The notes below the pieces were generated by a model. That model was not told where the DNA came from. It searched no databases and was given only the letters and a program-made list of their open reading frames with translations. A program made the position numbers and the translations under genes. 49,422 nucleotides of DNA from a virus (Duplodnaviria > Heunggongvirae > Uroviricota > Caudoviricetes): the IMG/VR virus record IMGVR_UViG_3300020048_000019, positions 128,001 to 177,422 of that record. One strand, given 5' to 3'. This document shows positions 39,035 to 46,536 of this stretch, piece after piece (the first letter of the stretch is position 1; the number at the start of each line of letters is the position of its first letter).

Positions 39035-39877
39035 GTGATCAAGAACATAGCCTATTTTCCTTTGCAGTGTGCGCTAAACTCCAAGCCCGTGATGAGTGCT
39101 GTACTGGACTGCTTGCAAGCACGTGGTATACAAACACAAGAAAACTCCCGGACCAGTGACGCCGCAGTGATATGGAGTGTGCTGTGGTCTGGCAGAATGG
39201 CAGCAAATCATGAAGTGTACTGCCATTATAGAGCACAAAACAAACCAGTGATCATTATTGAAGTTGGGGCGCTGTATCGTGGCAACACCTGGAAGATCTC
39301 GGTAAACAATGTCACAGCTGACGGCTACTATGGGCATCAAGAAAGTCTAGACTGGGATAGACCACGCAAACTAAACATCAGTTTGGCGTCGCAGACCAGT
39401 ACGCAAGATCATATAATAATTGCTCTACAGCATGTGAAAAGTTTGCAAACAGCAGCGATTGCAGACATGACACAATGGGTGCATGATACTGTTGTCCAGA
39501 CGCGCAAACACACAGATCGCAAAATACTAATAAGGCCGCATCCACGTTGCAACATACCATTGCCCCGGGGTGTTGCAGTGCAGCAGCCACACCGGTTAGA
39601 CAACACTTACGACAGCTATGACATGCACTTTGATTGTCATGCTGTGGTCAACTACAACTCAGGACCCGGAATACAAGCAGCCATAGCAGGTGCTCGTCCT
39701 GTAGTAGATTCAAGCAGCCTAGCACACCCTGTGAGTGTGCCCTGGGCTGAAATAGAAAAACCCTACATAGTAGACAGGGAAAAATGGCTAACTGAAATAT
39801 GCCATACCGAATACACAGTACCCGAAATACAAAGAGGAATATGGCTAAACAGAATCCAAGCCGCATTAACGGCATAA
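39035..39877 (+). CDS. KpsS/capsule-biosynthesis-like (GT-B) protein
   Basis: IEVG, IALQ, IRPHP, VV.YNS.P...A...G and R..WL; likely GTG start at 39035. Confidence 0.65.
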   Translation: MIKNIAYFPLQCALNSKPVMSAVLDCLQARGIQTQENSRTSDAAVIWSVLWSGRMAANHEVYCHYRAQNKPVIIIEVGALYRGNTWKISVNNVTADGYYGHQESLDWDRPRKLNISLASQTSTQDHIIIALQHVKSLQTAAIADMTQWVHDTVVQTRKHTDRKILIRPHPRCNIPLPRGVAVQQPHRLDNTYDSYDMHFDCHAVVNYNSGPGIQAAIAGARPVVDSSSLAHPVSVPWAEIEKPYIVDREKWLTEICHTEYTVPEIQRGIWLNRIQAALTA

Positions 39878-40581
39878 TTGATTGTGCATGTGTGATACAC
39901 GGCACCGGCTACTCGTGGCAGTACGTGGAACATCTTTACAACATGTTGCAGCGTGTGTTTGATACTGGTATACGATTTCATGTGTATACTGAGTCAGAAA
40001 GGCCTGTGCCTGCACACATGATCAAGCATGTGTTGGAACCTTGGACTGGGGATAGCACACCCAAAAAAGCCTGGTGGTACAAGATGCAGTTGTTCAATGC
40101 CAAGCACTTTGCGGGTAACTTGCTGTATCTGGATCTAGACGTTGTGATAGCACGTGATCTAAACTTTGTGCGTGACTGTGATCCCAAAACTTTTTGGGGT
40201 ATACGTGACTTTAAATACTTGCAGTCGCAGCAATTGCACACAATCAACAGCAGCATGATGTGGTGGAATGTGCAGCAGTTTGACTGGGTATGGCACAAGT
40301 TCTGTGATCAAGGCGCAACAGCAGTTGCCAGACAGTTTGCTGGCGATCAAGACTACATTACTCATGTGATACCACTCAAGCAGCGTCGGTTCTTTGCTGA
40401 TCGATATTTTGAAAGCTATCGTTGGCAATGTCTTGATGGCGGCTACGATTTCCCGCGCAGAGTGTATCACAAGCCCGGTACAGGTGTACACATAGCCGGA
40501 GATACCGCAGTAGTGGTATTTCACGGCCGCCCAAACCCACACGAAGTGTTAGATCCTGAAATAGTAACACTTTGGAAGTAA
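39841..40581 (+). CDS. GT-A glycosyltransferase (GT8-like)
   Basis: WW.K..LF, LYLDLD, NSS.M.W, GDQD and FHG.P.P; ATG 39841 with a GAGG SD. Confidence 0.85.
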   Translation: MAKQNPSRINGIIDCACVIHGTGYSWQYVEHLYNMLQRVFDTGIRFHVYTESERPVPAHMIKHVLEPWTGDSTPKKAWWYKMQLFNAKHFAGNLLYLDLDVVIARDLNFVRDCDPKTFWGIRDFKYLQSQQLHTINSSMMWWNVQQFDWVWHKFCDQGATAVARQFAGDQDYITHVIPLKQRRFFADRYFESYRWQCLDGGYDFPRRVYHKPGTGVHIAGDTAVVVFHGRPNPHEVLDPEIVTLWK

Positions 40582-40610
40582 TTGGCCATTAATTGCTTTG
40601 ATGCTATAAT
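40582..40610 (+). promoter_or_regulatory. Sigma70-type early promoter P1
   Basis: TTGGCC-17-TATAAT with an extended TG. Confidence 0.7.
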
Positions 40611-40640
40611 TAGGGCATACAACGCAACAAAGGACACGAA

Positions 40641-40847
40641 ATGGCATACACTGTTTTCAAACACTCAAAAGAATACGGTCCACGCCGGGGACTGGAAGGT
40701 CCATTTCACTATCCCAATGGCCGTGTTGCATACTACGATCCCAAGGAAGGCAAGTACTGGGATCCGCGCACCGACTTCTACTTGGAAGAGTCAGAAATTG
40801 CAGATTTGCAGGACTTGATTCTAGACATTTTGCGACAAAAAGCTTGA
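40641..40847 (+). CDS. Small early protein
   Basis: AAGGA SD; GLEGPF...YYDPKEG.Y.DP.TD. Confidence 0.75.
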   Translation: MAYTVFKHSKEYGPRRGLEGPFHYPNGRVAYYDPKEGKYWDPRTDFYLEESEIADLQDLILDILRQKA

Positions 40848-40872
40848 CCAAAAACACCTATTCTGCTATAAT
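40844..40872 (+). promoter_or_regulatory. Sigma70-type early promoter P2
   Basis: TTGACC-17-TATAAT with an extended TG. Confidence 0.85.
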
Positions 40873-40898
40873 CAACACTTGAACACAAAGGACACACA

Positions 40899-41072
40899 AT
40901 GGCTGGCAAAGCAACATCAATTTATCTGACAATCCTGCCCAAAGGAACCCACAACAGCGTGTTCAAAAAGGTGTTCTTTGAAGCCAAAGCCTACAATGAA
41001 TACATCAAGAGTGACGAGTTCAAGACACAATGGCCCAAAGAACAGTTTGACATTGTGAAAGAAGTATACTGA
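40899..41072 (+). CDS. Small early protein (57 aa, not in the ORF track)
   Basis: AAGGA SD; MAGKATSIYL...DIVKEVY; has its own promoter. Confidence 0.75.
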   Translation: MAGKATSIYLTILPKGTHNSVFKKVFFEAKAYNEYIKSDEFKTQWPKEQFDIVKEVY

Positions 41073-41076
41073 TCAG

Positions 41077-41105
41077 TTGACCATTAATTGTTTTTTTGCT
41101 ATAAT
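41077..41105 (+). promoter_or_regulatory. Sigma70-type early promoter P3
   Basis: TTGACC-17-TATAAT with an extended TG. Confidence 0.85.
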
Positions 41106-41130
41106 ATACACATAGCAAAGCAAAAAGGTC

Positions 41131-41274
41131 ATGATGCAGTACACATTGATTTCTAGTAATGGTAAAGTATACACTTTTTACCTGCTTGCAGTAGCCGAAA
41201 CATATCAGCAAGCATATGGCGGCGTTGTAATCACGCAACAAGTACTAGATACACAAAAACAGTTGACCAATTAA
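41131..41274 (+). CDS. Small early protein (47 aa, not in the ORF track)
   Basis: AAGGT SD; MMQYTLISSNGKVYTF...QQAYGG... Confidence 0.7.
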   Translation: MMQYTLISSNGKVYTFYLLAVAETYQQAYGGVVITQQVLDTQKQLTN

Positions 41275-41291
41275 TCCCAAACTGCTATAAT
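41263..41291 (+). promoter_or_regulatory. Sigma70-type early promoter P4
   Basis: TTGACC-17-TATAAT with an extended TG. Confidence 0.85.
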
Positions 41292-41335
41292 ATACACATA
41301 GCAAAGCAAAACAGCAACTCAAAAGGAGCCAACAA

Positions 41336-42352
41336 ATGAGTACAATCCGAATCCTGAATGGTAACTATCGTGGTCAAGCAGTGCAAGACACAGAGTTTGA
41401 ACTGGTATCTGGCTTTCAGTCCGGCGCCAAAGGCAACTTTGTTACAGTAAAAAACGGTGGACACTTTCCGCGTTTTGGTGACACCGTGCGTGTGCGGGTT
41501 GACAATATTGCAGACATCGTGTATACTAGTGGCATGACGACAGAATCCGCAGCAGTGCCAGAACCCCATGCAACAGAAACAGATGAGCAAGCCATGGATC
41601 GTATCCGTGAACGCTTTGACATCTTGCACGAAATGACCAAGGCCACTGTTACAGGCGACATCCGCGCCATGATTGTGAGCGGTCCCCCGGGCGTGGGCAA
41701 GAGCTTTGGCGTTGAGCAAGAAATTGACAAAGCCACAATGTTTGACAAGCTGGCAGGCAAGCGCTTGCGAGCAGAAGTTGTCAAGGGTAGTGCTACCCCA
41801 ATCGGCTTGTATCAGACCTTGTACAAGTATTCAGACGAGAACTGTGTAATTGTATTTGACGACTGCGACAGCATCTTGCTGGACGATGTGGCCCTTAACT
41901 TGCTTAAAGGTGCGCTGGACTCGGGCAAAAAGCGCAAGATTTCTTGGTTGTCAGAATCCAGTAGCCTGCGCCGCGAAGGCATCCCAGACAGTTTTGAGTT
42001 CAAGGGTTCGGCTATCTTTATCACAAACTTGAAGTTTGACAAAATGAAATCGCAGAAACTGCGGGATCACTTGGATGCACTGCAATCACGCTGTCACTAT
42101 CTGGATCTGACTCTAGACACCATGCGTGACAAGATCCTGCGTATCAAGCAAATTGCCAAGGACGGTGTGTTGTTTTCGGACTATGATTTTGAACCCGAAG
42201 TGCAGGATGAGATCATTGATTTCATGAACGCGAACCAGAATCGCTTGCGTGAAATGAGCCTGCGCATGGCAATTAAAATTGCTGACTTGCGCAAGATGAG
42301 CGTGACTAACTGGAAGCGCTTGGCAGAAACAACTTGCATGAAGAGTGCCTGA
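41336..42352 (+). CDS. AAA+-type P-loop ATPase
   Basis: GPPGVGKS Walker A, IVFDDCD Walker B, ITN sensor and SR finger; AAGGAG SD. Confidence 0.88.
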   Translation: MSTIRILNGNYRGQAVQDTEFELVSGFQSGAKGNFVTVKNGGHFPRFGDTVRVRVDNIADIVYTSGMTTESAAVPEPHATETDEQAMDRIRERFDILHEMTKATVTGDIRAMIVSGPPGVGKSFGVEQEIDKATMFDKLAGKRLRAEVVKGSATPIGLYQTLYKYSDENCVIVFDDCDSILLDDVALNLLKGALDSGKKRKISWLSESSSLRREGIPDSFEFKGSAIFITNLKFDKMKSQKLRDHLDALQSRCHYLDLTLDTMRDKILRIKQIAKDGVLFSDYDFEPEVQDEIIDFMNANQNRLREMSLRMAIKIADLRKMSVTNWKRLAETTCMKSA

Positions 42353-42363
42353 ACACCAGGCAT

Positions 42364-42402
42364 GTACCGAGTCTTGTATAAAATAGGCTACGAGCTCGGT
42401 AC
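42364..42402 (+). other. Long intergenic hairpin
   Basis: GTACCGAG-T-CTTGTA...TACGAG-CTCGGTAC. Confidence 0.65.
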
Positions 42403-42485
42403 TACTTTGCGAGTTTTAACAAGTGAACAGTCACTACCATTGTGGATGTTCATTACTTTGATTTATCTTTTTAAAGGAAACTGAA

Positions 42486-42797
42486 ATGGCACACACAATT
42501 ATCTCTGTCTCAAATGGCGTAGAAGTCAAAAAGGTCCCCCTGGGCTTTAGCTGGACCACACTGTTTTTTGGTGGCATCCCGGCCCTGATTCGCGGAGATT
42601 GGATTCCAGGCTTGGTGATCGTGGTCTTGTGCATGCTAACCTGGGGTATTGCAGGTATCATTGCTGCATTTATCTACAACAAGATATATGCCAAGAGCCT
42701 GTTTGAAAAGGGCTACAAGATTCATTCTGTGCCACCAGGTTATACTGAGGACATGGTCAAAGCTTCTCTTGGTTATATCAAATTCCCACACGAATAA
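42486..42797 (+). CDS. Small membrane protein (HrgC/DUF2628-like)
   Basis: GFSWTT.FFG..PAL.RGDW, hydrophobic helices and YNK.Y...L..KGY. Confidence 0.7.
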   Translation: MAHTIISVSNGVEVKKVPLGFSWTTLFFGGIPALIRGDWIPGLVIVVLCMLTWGIAGIIAAFIYNKIYAKSLFEKGYKIHSVPPGYTEDMVKASLGYIKFPHE

Positions 42798-42809
42798 GGA
42801 CTGCCCGTA

Positions 42810-42902
42810 ATGGCCTGGCTTGTTGTTTTACTGTTTTTGTTTACCGGCAATCCAGTCCTGGCATTTGTACTAGCTGGCTTGATCTTGATGTTTACGAGTT
42901 GA
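42810..42902 (+). CDS. 30-aa hydrophobic micro-protein
   Basis: AAGGA upstream; MAWLVVLLFLFTGNPVLAFVLAGLILMFTS. Confidence 0.5.
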   Translation: MAWLVVLLFLFTGNPVLAFVLAGLILMFTS

Positions 42903-42903
42903 T

Positions 42904-43032
42904 ATGACAATAAAATACATTGGTAATCGTGCAGGTGATATTGCAGTGCCGTGGGAACCGGGCCTGCTGGAATGGTTGGTAGCAAAATACCCTTATTCGG
43001 GTTATGAAATAAAGGAACTGGAATATGTTTGA
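42904..43032 (+). CDS. 42-aa micro-protein
   Basis: MTIKYIGNRAGD...; tightly packed between its neighbours. Confidence 0.55.
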   Translation: MTIKYIGNRAGDIAVPWEPGLLEWLVAKYPYSGYEIKELEYV

Positions 43033-43135
43033 AATTTGGGATGGCGACTTGTTTCTTTATGCTGTGGACACAGAATACGAAGCAGATGAAGCTACTGAGG
43101 CAGGCTTTACGATTAGATCAGTAGTGGCAGATTGA
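43025..43135 (+). CDS. 36-aa acidic micro-protein
   Basis: AAGGA SD; MFEIWDGDLFLY... Confidence 0.55.
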   Translation: MFEIWDGDLFLYAVDTEYEADEATEAGFTIRSVVAD

Positions 43136-43180
43136 TTTTTCTCCCGGGCAACAACGGTTGGCTCCGGCCCGGGATTTTAT

Positions 43181-43213
43181 ACAGGTGCCCCTAAAAACGG
43201 CACCTGTTTTTTT
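43181..43213 (+). terminator. Rho-independent terminator
   Basis: ACAGGTGCC-N9-GGCACCTGT followed by a T-run. Confidence 0.85.
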
Positions 43214-43240
43214 GACTTCTGCCACTGAACAATATATAAT
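43212..43240 (+). promoter_or_regulatory. Sigma70-type promoter, ATG 5 nt after the -10 box
   Basis: TTGACT-17-TATAAT. Confidence 0.8.
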
Positions 43241-43245
43241 GTGTT

Positions 43246-44112
43246 ATGAGTATTCTTTATATACAGCTTGAAGATCTGACACTGCAATTTCGAGTGTTGG
43301 ATACTCCTGTTGCTGCATTATGGCAAGAAAGAATGAGCCAACGAGACTCATGGCCACTAGACCACCCGCGCCGGTTTTATGGATTCAGCAGCACTGCTCA
43401 AGAAAAGATTCGCGCTGTGGCCGACGTTAGGCGTTGTATTGACACTATCAATCATCATGAACACATAATCGATCGAGGGCTGACGCTAGTAGACGATCAG
43501 GATACCTTGAATTATCTTCATAATATATTTGAACGCTATCACGGATTGTTGGATCAGCAAAACAGCAAATACTGGCAAACAGCACCAATAACGGTTCGCA
43601 ATGCCTTGGCTGAACTCAATCTGGCAGTACATCGTTGTGAGACTGCTCAGGGATTACCGCAGCCCAGACTGGTTTGTACTTGGTTTGGCCAACCCAAAGA
43701 ATACACACTGCCCGCGATCATGCAACAGCAATATGGCACTGTGAATCCCGCCTGGGGTAGTGTTTGTTTGAACTACTGCGAAATAGGCAAGACTCTGTCA
43801 GACCTTGCACACGACAATGACAGTTATATCGGCGACGATGCATTTCGCCCATTTTCTTACTACAGCAGCGACTTTGTAACAAGGTTTTTTGAATTAGACC
43901 CACAACAACTTGACTTGGCACGGGTAAATATGCAACAATACTACAACAAGCACCGCGACTATTTTCACAGTCGCGGATATGATCAATTTGATGATCCAAG
44001 ACTACAACCATTAAAATTCCCCGTGGCACAGTTGATAGAAACTCAACCACGTGCCCAGTTACTCAAAGCAATAGCAGCCAGACAACAAGTGAGCCATGTA
44101 CACCTACAATGA
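43246..44112 (+). CDS. Hypothetical protein (NxxVHRxE family, paralogue of 28303)
   Basis: LNYLH..FE...LNLAVHRCE...YCEIGK. Confidence 0.7.
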   Translation: MSILYIQLEDLTLQFRVLDTPVAALWQERMSQRDSWPLDHPRRFYGFSSTAQEKIRAVADVRRCIDTINHHEHIIDRGLTLVDDQDTLNYLHNIFERYHGLLDQQNSKYWQTAPITVRNALAELNLAVHRCETAQGLPQPRLVCTWFGQPKEYTLPAIMQQQYGTVNPAWGSVCLNYCEIGKTLSDLAHDNDSYIGDDAFRPFSYYSSDFVTRFFELDPQQLDLARVNMQQYYNKHRDYFHSRGYDQFDDPRLQPLKFPVAQLIETQPRAQLLKAIAARQQVSHVHLQ

Positions 44113-45578
44113 AACAAGCAACAATAATAATCAGAGATGAAGTAAACATCAAGATTGAAGGATTAGATCTTGATGTAAGAAAGAAGTTGGTAAATGCTTT
44201 CAAGTATGAAATTCCCGGAGCAAGATATCAACCCAGTGTTAGACTAGGACGCTGGGATGGCAAAGTGGCTTACTTTCAGTTAGGTGGCAGTACCTATGTG
44301 AATCTACTACCCGAGATCATTCCTATTCTTGAGAAATACAACTATGATGTAATCTTGGATGATCAACGCGAGTATTCAAACTCATTTGATTTCGTCGAAG
44401 TCACAGAAGATCACTACAGTGCCGTTTTATGGCCCAAAGGGCATCCTGCTGTGGGTCAGCCTATTATGATGCGTGATTATCAAGTGGAGATTGTAAACAA
44501 CTTTCTACGCAATCCGCAGTGCATACAAGAAGTGGCCACAGGTGCAGGCAAAACCATTATGACTGCGGCACTTAGTGATGCTGTGAGTCCTTATGGGCGC
44601 AGCATTGTGATTGTGCCCAACAAGAGCCTTGTGACACAAACCGAAAAGGACTATGTGAACATGGGTCTGGACGTGGGCGTTTACTTTGGTGATAGAAAAG
44701 AATGGGGCAAGACCCATACCATTTGCACTTGGCAAAGCTTGAACATCATGTTAAAGAACACCAAGGCAGGCATAGGCGACTGCACCATTCAGGACTTTAT
44801 CGAAGACGTGGTATGTGTTATCGTAGACGAAGTACACATGGCCAAGGCAGACGCACTCAAGACCTTGCTTACAGGCGTGATGGCACATATTCCTATTCGT
44901 TGGGGCCTAACGGGCACTGTGCCCAAGGAAAAGTTTGAAAGCCAAAGCTTGTTGGTAAGTCTAGGACCAGTTATCTCCAAACTCAGTGCCAGCACACTAC
45001 AGGACGCAGGTGTACTTGCACAGTGCCACGTGAATATTGTACAGTTGCTGGACCATGTGGAGTTTAGCAATTATCAAAGTGAACTCAAGTACTTGTTGGA
45101 GGAAAAAGGACGCTTGGACGCCATGGCCAGCTTGATTACACAGATCAACGAAACAGGCAATACTCTTGTGCTGGTAGATCGTACTGAATGTGGTCGTCAG
45201 CTGGTGGAACGCCTGGGAGACAAAGCAGTGTTTGTGTCCGGGGCAACCAAGGGCTCAAAACGGCAGGAAGAATATGACGAAGTTGCTATCTCAACTGACA
45301 AGATCATTGTTGCAACCTATGGCGTTGCGGCTGTGGGTATCAATATACCTCGCATCTTTAACTTGGTTCTCGTGGAACCTGGCAAAAGCTTTGTTAGAGT
45401 TATCCAGAGCATTGGTAGGGGTATAAGAAAAGCAGAAGACAAAGACCATGTGCAAATCTGGGATATCACAAGTACCTGCAAGTTTGCCAAGCGTCACTTG
45501 ACCAAGCGCAAGGTGTTTTACAAAGAAGCCAACTATCCGTTTACTGCGGAAAAATTAGACTGGATGAAAATAGCATGA
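44109..45578 (+). CDS. uvsW: SF2 DNA helicase UvsW
   Basis: RDYQ, ATGAGKT, DEVH, LTGT and QSIGRGIR motifs. Confidence 0.93.
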   Translation: MKQATIIIRDEVNIKIEGLDLDVRKKLVNAFKYEIPGARYQPSVRLGRWDGKVAYFQLGGSTYVNLLPEIIPILEKYNYDVILDDQREYSNSFDFVEVTEDHYSAVLWPKGHPAVGQPIMMRDYQVEIVNNFLRNPQCIQEVATGAGKTIMTAALSDAVSPYGRSIVIVPNKSLVTQTEKDYVNMGLDVGVYFGDRKEWGKTHTICTWQSLNIMLKNTKAGIGDCTIQDFIEDVVCVIVDEVHMAKADALKTLLTGVMAHIPIRWGLTGTVPKEKFESQSLLVSLGPVISKLSASTLQDAGVLAQCHVNIVQLLDHVEFSNYQSELKYLLEEKGRLDAMASLITQINETGNTLVLVDRTECGRQLVERLGDKAVFVSGATKGSKRQEEYDEVAISTDKIIVATYGVAAVGINIPRIFNLVLVEPGKSFVRVIQSIGRGIRKAEDKDHVQIWDITSTCKFAKRHLTKRKVFYKEANYPFTAEKLDWMKIA

Positions 45579-46495
45579 CCGTTAATATGGATTGGTTTCA
45601 AGACGACGGCATCTTTATGCCCATGTTGAATGATACTGGTAGAAATACCTTTTACAAGTCAGCAATTGAGCAAAAAGTTTCGGGCCGCACTGTGGTAGAC
45701 ATAGGTGCAGGTTCTGGCCTGCTGAGCATTCTAGCTGCACGAGCAGGCGCCACTCATGTGTGGGCAGTGGAACAGGATCAACAACGTGCAGAGCTTGCAC
45801 ACGATCTTGTGACCCGCGCCGGTCTTGGTAGTGTAATTGAAGTAGTGCATGCTGACTTTTTAACCACCAGCCTGGCTGCAGATTTTTATGTTAGCGAAAC
45901 CATCAACACACAGATCTTTGGCGAAAACATACTAGAGCTGAGTCAGCATGCTCGCAAACTGGGAGGAGAGTTTATCCCAGGAAGTTTTGAAATATGGGCC
46001 GAGGTATACCAACCACATCCTATTTTTGCTTTGTGCCAGACACGCAGCGATGCTTATCAGTTTGAACCTGAAATTGAAATTGAGCCTGAGTTTGAACGCT
46101 TGTTGAATCGGGAGTTTGTGAAACAAAACTCTAGACAAAACACCTTGTATCGTGCCAACATACTGGCAGGCTTGTTTAAAGAATTGCCCAATTTTACTGA
46201 TCTCAAATTAACACAACTGTATCGTGGAACAAGCATAGTGGTGGATTTAAACAAGGATATTGTGATGAATCAATTGAGTATAACACTGGCCCCTAATCAA
46301 GTATGGCAGCAGTCCGGCGTAGATGCATATGTGGTATTGTTTTGGCGAGCGGTGTCGGGTACAGCAGTGATGCACTGTACAGATTCTTGGTTTGGTAATG
46401 TGGCTAAAACTCTAAAGATTGAACAACGCACCCCGGATACCCCGGTTGAGCTATGGTACGACCCGGTGATGCGAGACTGGCGAATCAGTTACTGA
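45575..46495 (+). CDS. Protein methyltransferase, PRMT-like
   Basis: MLND..RN..Y..AI, VVDIGAGSGLLS..AARAGA..V.AVE and the VSE.......GE double-E loop. Confidence 0.8.
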   Translation: MTVNMDWFQDDGIFMPMLNDTGRNTFYKSAIEQKVSGRTVVDIGAGSGLLSILAARAGATHVWAVEQDQQRAELAHDLVTRAGLGSVIEVVHADFLTTSLAADFYVSETINTQIFGENILELSQHARKLGGEFIPGSFEIWAEVYQPHPIFALCQTRSDAYQFEPEIEIEPEFERLLNREFVKQNSRQNTLYRANILAGLFKELPNFTDLKLTQLYRGTSIVVDLNKDIVMNQLSITLAPNQVWQQSGVDAYVVLFWRAVSGTAVMHCTDSWFGNVAKTLKIEQRTPDTPVELWYDPVMRDWRISY

Positions 46496-46500
46496 ATCGC

Positions 46501-46529
46501 TTGACAATGTTACTAAACTCGTTTATAAT
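46501..46529 (+). promoter_or_regulatory. Perfect sigma70 consensus promoter, ATG 7 nt after the -10 box
   Basis: TTGACA-17-TATAAT. Confidence 0.88.
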
Positions 46530-46536
46530 ATAAACT

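Noticed and set aside
43142-43213. Possible tRNA
   Set aside because: No cloverleaf, no TTC T-loop and no CCA end
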